Assembly: GCA_934177545.1 (NCBI GenBank)
Contig: CAKPPI010000035.1
Location: 1-8,963, forward strand
Direction: 5' to 3'
Length of the DNA stretch: 8,963 nt
Origin: an uncultured Bacilli bacterium
GTDB lineage: Bacteria; Bacillota_I; Bacilli_A; RF39; UBA660
Each line of letters starts with the position of its first letter. The stretch's first letter is position 1. This document shows, in pieces, positions 5,442 through 8,963 of the stretch. The notes under the pieces are model-generated. The model did no database searches. It was not told the origin of the DNA and saw only the letters and a list, made by a program, of their open reading frames with translations. A program made the translations under genes and the position numbers.

Positions 5442-6668
5442 TCAAATGCCTAATTGATACGGTGAATTTGATGAACCATTGCCGGCAGTAATTATGATAT
5501 TTGATTTTAAATATAGCACTGGATAAACTCTGAAATCTTGCCAATAACTATACGCATCGCAAACATGTCCATTATCATCAATTCTAAACACTTTGTCTGT
5601 TGTATTTGTTATTAAAGTCATAGTCCAATAATAGTGTCCTTCTTTAAAAAGATAATCATTATTTCGACATTCTTCATAATCAGTAGTATGCCAAGTACTC
5701 GCGTTAGATTTAAGACAGTCATTTCTCGACTTTACAGCTCCACCAGAAGTGGCATAGCCATAATCACTAGGATATATTAACCCAACTTTTCCTAACCAGG
5801 TGGTTTTATATCCATCATTTATTTTTGTTCCTCTTTCTAAGTCGTAAAAATCTTTATAGGTTATTTCATTTGTACTGCTACCACCAATATGCCATACAAT
5901 ATTTTCTATTGCACTATGTGTTAGGTTACTTTTCAAACCAGATTTGCTGTAATCAACACTTTTAGGTTCAGAAGTAGTTGTACCAAAATAATATGTTCCT
6001 GACATTGCATAATAATAAGCACTATCATTTAGTAACTTTTTTAATGTTGAATTAGGCCAGTAGTTTGATGATGATTGATCTTTAGTATAATCAAAAGCTA
6101 AATTATCTATACTATCATTTCTAATTATTTTAATTAGATTCTCTTTAGTTCCATCCTCTTTTTCGATATTATTAAATACACCTATAATACGCCATTTTTC
6201 GCAAGCATCACTTGTCTGATTAGCATAATCACTACAATTAAAATAGACATAATTATCTGGATTTGCTCCTATATATCTTATATTATTATCAGCATCATCA
6301 CTTACCATATTGATAGAATCTGTACTGGCTAAATTAGTTATCTTTGTTACAGCATTTTCACCACTTTTAAAATATAGATTACATTTAACTTTGGTAGTAA
6401 AATTAGTAACATATAATCCCCATGAATCATTATCCCACTCGATATTAACATTGTTATCACAGTCAGCACTCGAAAAGACAACTGTTCCTTTTTCAGGAAA
6501 AGTATCTATTCTAGATTCATCTATAAAAATTGCCATTTGCTCTTTATCTACTAGATATTTATTATTTTGTTTTATTGATAATATTAAAAAAGTAATCACT
6601 AAAATACAAGATAATCCTATATAAAAGTATTCTTTTAATAATAATCTATTTAAATTAGCCTTCTTCAT
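5442..6668 (-). CDS. Membrane-anchored (single N-terminal TM) extracytoplasmic protein with 7 ectodomain Cys. Its C-terminal module carries motifs of the Firmicutes surface-protein 'WxxS..LN / SDYgYA / YWT.T / RVYPVLYLK' type.
   Basis: 408-aa ORF with N-terminus MKKANLNRLLLKEYFYIGLSCILVITFLILSI (basic then hydrophobic). Motifs: EKWRIIGVF, NLIKIIRND, NYWPNSTLKKLLND, GLIYPSDYGYATSGG, YYWTMT, FRVYPVLYLKS, and a terminal GNGSSNSPYQL. An AAGGA RBS lies about 9 nt upstream. The stop codon is TGA. Confidence 0.85.
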   Translation of the reverse strand: MKKANLNRLLLKEYFYIGLSCILVITFLILSIKQNNKYLVDKEQMAIFIDESRIDTFPEKGTVVFSSADCDNNVNIEWDNDSWGLYVTNFTTKVKCNLYFKSGENAVTKITNLASTDSINMVSDDADNNIRYIGANPDNYVYFNCSDYANQTSDACEKWRIIGVFNNIEKEDGTKENLIKIIRNDSIDNLAFDYTKDQSSSNYWPNSTLKKLLNDSAYYYAMSGTYYFGTTTSEPKSVDYSKSGLKSNLTHSAIENIVWHIGGSSTNEITYKDFYDLERGTKINDGYKTTWLGKVGLIYPSDYGYATSGGAVKSRNDCLKSNASTWHTTDYEECRNNDYLFKEGHYYWTMTLITNTTDKVFRIDDNGHVCDAYSYWQDFRVYPVLYLKSNIIITAGNGSSNSPYQLGI

Positions 6669-6738
6669 AATTCTTTATCCTTACTAATGTTAAGAATAAA
6701 ATATTTAAGTAATCATTATTTACAAATGATTTACACTT

Positions 6739-6765
6739 TTCATAGAGCTTAAAACTCTATGAAAA
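6739..6765. repeat. 27-nt repeat, left copy, itself a hairpin (TTCATAGAG-CTTAAAA-CTCTATGAA).
   Basis: TTCATAGAGCTTAAAACTCTATGAAAA. The reverse complement of 7002-7028 matches at 26 of 27 positions, including the asymmetric loop. The two copies are therefore in inverted orientation. Confidence 0.8.
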
Positions 6766-6803
6766 TTATAGGTGAAATCTGGGCTTAAATGCCATTTGAC
6801 TAG

Positions 6804-6911
6804 AATTTTGACCACAATAGTTTCTTTAATTAATGACTACAAAATACGTTTTAAAGTAAGGATTCACCTATGTTTGTAGTAAATTTATCTGACCACAATT
6901 TTGACCATAAT
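6804..6911. repeat. Three copies of TGACCA(C/T)AAT; two share the longer form AATTTTGACCAYAAT.
   Basis: Copies lie at 6804-6818 (AATTTTGACCACAAT), 6890-6899 (TGACCACAAT) and 6897-6911 (AATTTTGACCATAAT). The last two are tandem with a 12-13-nt period. Confidence 0.5.
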
Positions 6912-7001
6912 TAAGATTTTTTTCTAATAAATTTTTATAGAATTTAGCTAACTTTTATGGTATATTTATAATATAAGTTAAGATTAATGTGCGTTTTTTT
7001 G

Positions 7002-7028
7002 TTTTCATAGAGTTTTAAGTTCTATGAA
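7002..7028. repeat. 27-nt repeat, right (inverted) copy, followed by TTTTT on the plus strand.
   Basis: TTTTCATAGAGTTTTAAGTTCTATGAA. It is the inverted copy of 6739-6765 with one mismatch. Confidence 0.8.
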
Positions 7029-7063
7029 TTTTTCTTACTTTAAGTAATATACACTATAACGAC

Positions 7064-7112
7064 AAAACAGCTTATCTACTATATAAAATACTGTAGGTAG
7101 GCTGTTTTTAAT
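7064..7112. terminator. Long hairpin with flanking A and T tracts (bidirectional-type terminator) downstream of the yafQ-like gene.
   Basis: AACAGCTTATCTAC (7066-7079) pairs with GTAGGTAGGCTGTT (7093-7106) around a 13-nt loop, with AAAA upstream and TTTTT downstream. In plus-sense RNA all 14 positions pair (2 G.U). In minus-sense RNA those two positions become C.A mismatches. Confidence 0.5.
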
Positions 7113-7160
7113 TAATAAAATTAAAAAGAAACCTTAGAGATAGTTCCTTTTACATTAATG

Positions 7161-7469
7161 CTATTTTTCTAATATTTCACTATGACTGCCAGTAGTTACT
7201 AATAATAATACCAAATTATCATTGATATATTTGTAAACTAACAACCAGTCAGGTTTTAAATGACATTCCATACAATCTCTATAAGTTTTATCATTTATTA
7301 GGCTATGATTTCTATATTTTTCATCTAATTCTTCGCAATTTGCTAATCGTGTTATTACTTCAATTAAGATATTAATGTCTTTACCTTGCTTAACTATTTT
7401 TTTAAAATGTTTCTTAAATTCACTAGTATAATCTATTTTACATTTAGTATTTAAATCTAAGTTAATCAT
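7161..7469 (-). CDS. yafQ: Type II toxin, YafQ/RelE-family mRNA interferase.
   Basis: 102 aa. The pattern is YafQ-like: YTSEFKKHFKKIVKQGKD, ..YRNHSL.., TYRDCMECHLKPDWLLVYKY, TTGSHSE. The start overlaps the antitoxin stop by 8 nt (A-ATG-ATT-AA). Confidence 0.85.
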   Translation of the reverse strand: MINLDLNTKCKIDYTSEFKKHFKKIVKQGKDINILIEVITRLANCEELDEKYRNHSLINDKTYRDCMECHLKPDWLLVYKYINDNLVLLLVTTGSHSEILEK

Positions 7470-7755
7470 TTAGTATAGACCTTACCATTTCTTTGGCATT
7501 ATTGTAACCTTTTCTTTTTCCTTCTTTATATTCCTGCTCAATTATTTGACCTTCCTTCAAGGCAGTTTCTAATTCATCATTATATATTGGATTGGCTATT
7601 TCAAATGGCACTGCCTTTCTTTTTATAACCTGTTTTAAAGTCATATTAATTAAAGTAGTCATATTCAATCCCAAATCTTTTAATATGATAGTAGCCTCTT
7701 CTTTGTCTTTTGGATCAACGTGGACGTTTATAACTCCATTAGTTAGTGTTTGCAT
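7462..7755 (-). CDS. dinJ: Type II antitoxin, DinJ/RelB family (ribbon-helix-helix N-terminus).
   Basis: 97 aa. INVHVDPKDKEEATIILKDLGLNMTTLINMTLKQVIKRKAVPFEI is a typical DinJ N-terminal domain. An AAGAGGT RBS lies 6 nt upstream. It sits immediately upstream of, and overlaps, the YafQ-like toxin gene. Confidence 0.85.
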   Translation of the reverse strand: MQTLTNGVINVHVDPKDKEEATIILKDLGLNMTTLINMTLKQVIKRKAVPFEIANPIYNDELETALKEGQIIEQEYKEGKRKGYNNAKEMVRSILND

Positions 7756-7783
7756 ATGTTTACCTCTTTTCTTTGATATTAAT

Positions 7784-7812
7784 ATATTATCATATATTGT
7801 ATTTTATGTCAA
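7784..7812 (-). promoter_or_regulatory. Sigma-70-type promoter of the dinJ-yafQ operon.
   Basis: Minus strand reads TTGACA (7807-7812), a 17-nt spacer ending in TGA (extended -10 TGn), then TAATAT (7784-7789). This lies about 30 nt upstream of the antitoxin ATG. The AT palindrome ATATTAATAT (7776-7785) overlaps the -10 and could be an operator, but such palindromes are common in DNA this AT-rich. Confidence 0.55.
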
Positions 7813-7841
7813 TTCATTATATATACATTATCTACATATTA

Positions 7842-8180
7842 TCAATATGCGTTGCTACCTGTAATACTAAAATTATTTAAATAAATATAAATAATACACA
7901 TTCCTAAAAAATTATTAATATTAATATGTATATTATAAAATATTAAATAAGTTATCATAATTTGTAAGAATTTATTACATATATTAAAATAATGGTATTT
8001 CCTAAATAAATAGATAATAATAAAAATAGGTATATATAATAAATTATGAGTTAAATAAATAATTATAATAAGACTTAATATATTTAAATAATCTTTATGA
8101 TAAGTTAAATAGAATAAATAAAGGCTAGTATTAAAAGGGGTTAATGAATAAAATAAGATATCTAGTATTAAGTAAATCAT
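7842..8180 (-). CDS. mreD: Small polytopic membrane protein, probable MreD.
   Basis: It follows mreC with an ATGA stop/start overlap (ATG = complement of 8178-8180). There are about four hydrophobic segments rich in I/L/Y/F. A 113-codon open frame in DNA of roughly 10-12% GC is unlikely by chance, because stop codons are AT-rich. The track's TTG start at 8207 was not used. The MreD call rests on position and topology, not on recognised motifs. Confidence 0.5.
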   Translation of the reverse strand: MIYLILDILFYSLTPFNTSLYLFYLTYHKDYLNILSLIIIIYLTHNLLYIPIFIIIYLFRKYHYFNICNKFLQIMITYLIFYNIHININNFLGMCIIYIYLNNFSITGSNAY

Positions 8181-8758
8181 ATAGTATACTCCGTAAGGAT
8201 TAAACAATAATTAGTATCTATAGGATTTAGGATTATATTACAGATAGTATTATTATCTTTAATACTGCAGGTATCTATAGTACCTATTAATAAATTACTA
8301 GGTAAATTAGTTAAACCACTAGTATAAATATTAGTATTTTTATCAATATTTACTTCTTTATTTATAATTACTTTATTATCTTTATATAGTCCTAAAGTAT
8401 TTCCTACTTTTATCGAGATGGTAAGATTTGAAATAGGCACTAAAGTATTATTGGTATTAGTTATTCCTATTAATCCTTTATCGTTTATAACCGGATGTTT
8501 GGGTTCTATTAAGGAGTTACTTTTTAAATAGTAAATATTACTATTATAAAGGTTTTTAATTAAGATTTTACTTATTATATAGTCATAATTATTATATTTA
8601 ATATTACTTAAAGTTTCTATTTCTTCTTTTAAAGAATAGTTTTCTAATTCTAATAAGTTATATTTTACTTTATCTATATCATTACTTTTTATTAAATCTA
8701 AAAAAGGATTAATTAGTAAAATAAGTAATATTGGGATATATTTTAAATATTTTTTCAT
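8177..8758 (-). CDS. mreC: Rod shape-determining protein MreC.
   Basis: N-terminal TM (KYIPILLILLINPF), a coiled-coil-like LELENYSLKEEIETL, then MreC-type beta-domain motifs: VINDKGLIGITNT, ISIKVGNTLG, IYTSGLTNLPSNLLIGTI. I prefer the ATG at 8758 (MKKYLKY) over the track's GTG at 8767; either is possible. Confidence 0.8.
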   Translation of the reverse strand: MKKYLKYIPILLILLINPFLDLIKSNDIDKVKYNLLELENYSLKEEIETLSNIKYNNYDYIISKILIKNLYNSNIYYLKSNSLIEPKHPVINDKGLIGITNTNNTLVPISNLTISIKVGNTLGLYKDNKVIINKEVNIDKNTNIYTSGLTNLPSNLLIGTIDTCSIKDNNTICNIILNPIDTNYCLILTEYTI

Positions 8759-8777
8759 AATAATCACATTTATAGTA

Positions 8778-8806
8778 TGAAAAAAATCGTATGGTTTTAT
8801 ACGATT
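8778..8806 (-). terminator. Rho-independent terminator after the short DinJ-like ORF.
   Basis: Minus-strand RNA: AAUCGUAU-AAAACC-AUACGAUU followed by UUUUU. The 8-bp stem pairs 8785-8792 with 8799-8806, with a 6-nt loop. The stem overlaps the TAA stop codon. Confidence 0.6.
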
Positions 8807-8963
8807 ATTTGTTATTGGTTATTTTAAAGGGAATACTATTTTTTATAATAAGTTGTTTTATGGTCATATTTATATAAGTATTTAAATCTAGTCCTAACTT
8901 TTCTAATATTTCTTGGGCTAGTTTTAGGTCTTTATTATCTATTTCTATTGTTATATTTTCCAT
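8805..8963 (-). CDS. Short (52 aa) DinJ/RelB-like ribbon-helix-helix protein with no adjacent toxin gene.
   Basis: Hand translation from the ATG at the window edge (complement of 8961-8963): MENITIEIDNKDLKLAQEILEKLGLDLNTYINMTIKQLIIKNSIPFKITNNK*. It aligns clearly with the N-terminal half of the 97-aa DinJ at 7462-7755 (shared I.D.KD...A..IL..LGL...T.INMT.KQ.I....PF.I). It was not in the ORF track. The true start could lie beyond the window. Confidence 0.6.
   Translation of the reverse strand: MENITIEIDNKDLKLAQEILEKLGLDLNTYINMTIKQLIIKNSIPFKITNNK

Noticed and set aside
6310-6624. 104-aa plus-strand ORF.
   Set aside because: It is antisense to the 408-aa surface-protein gene, whose motifs are convincing. 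It is a shadow ORF.
5442-6668. Type IV pilin or pseudopilin assignment for the 408-aa protein, based on its N-terminal hydrophobic helix with a Glu (LLLKEYFYIGL).
   Set aside because: There is no Gly at the would-be cleavage site and no F/M-T-L-x-E signature. I describe it only as a signal-anchored surface protein.
6669-7160. CRISPR array, tRNA or other canonical RNA gene in the repeat-rich spacer.
   Set aside because: The repeats are few, differ in sequence, and are not regularly spaced with unique spacers. No cloverleaf-compatible segment or conserved tRNA boxes were seen.
7776-7785. The ATATTAATAT palindrome as a definite DinJ operator.
   Set aside because: Pure-AT palindromes of this length are expected by chance in DNA this AT-rich. 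I mention it only as a possibility under the promoter feature.
1-7800. Calling the accessory segment a mobile element (prophage, ICE or transposon).
   Set aside because: No integrase, transposase, relaxase or phage structural gene is in the window. The only hints are a compositional shift, a TA module and short inverted repeats, which is not enough for a mobile_element feature.
7592-7864. 90-aa plus-strand ORF.
   Set aside because: It is antisense to dinJ and runs through the dinJ promoter into the end of mreD. Its apparent hydrophobicity is a by-product of AT-rich antisense sequence.
1-8963. Mollicutes-type genetic code (TGA = Trp), suggested by the very low GC.
   Set aside because: Long ORFs are intact under the standard code, and Trp is encoded by TGG throughout. 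TGA serves as the stop of mreC and of the 408-aa gene. The presence of mreC/mreD also argues for a walled, rod-shaped organism.

Overview
AT-rich bacterial window read with the standard code: Trp is TGG, and TGA ends the mreC and 408-aa ORFs. Every convincing gene is on the minus strand.

Right to left:
(i) A 52-codon DinJ/RelB-like ribbon-helix-helix ORF starting at the window edge, followed by an intrinsic terminator.
(ii) mreC-mreD with an ATGA stop/start overlap, in extremely AT-rich DNA.
(iii) A dinJ-yafQ type II toxin-antitoxin pair with a near-consensus promoter.
(iv) A ~490-bp non-coding spacer dense in hairpins and repeats.
(v) A 408-aa membrane-anchored, Cys-containing surface protein.
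(vi) A tightly packed four-gene operon. ATPase A is AAA_5/MoxR-like, 664 aa, with a ~290-aa N-terminal domain. Next come a 133-aa protein that looks like an AAA core without Walker A/B, and a 481-aa HExxH metallopeptidase - disordered linker - vWA (MIDAS) fusion. Last is ATPase B, a paralogue missed by the ORF track because it runs off the left edge.

The two ATPases have nearly identical P-loop cores but strongly diverged N-terminal domains. Those domains share motifs with the neighbouring surface protein. I read the operon as a candidate uncharacterised NTPase/vWA/peptidase conflict (defence-type) system in a compositionally distinct segment next to a TA module. That function is inference only. 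No rRNA, tRNA, CRISPR array, integrase or transposase is visible.
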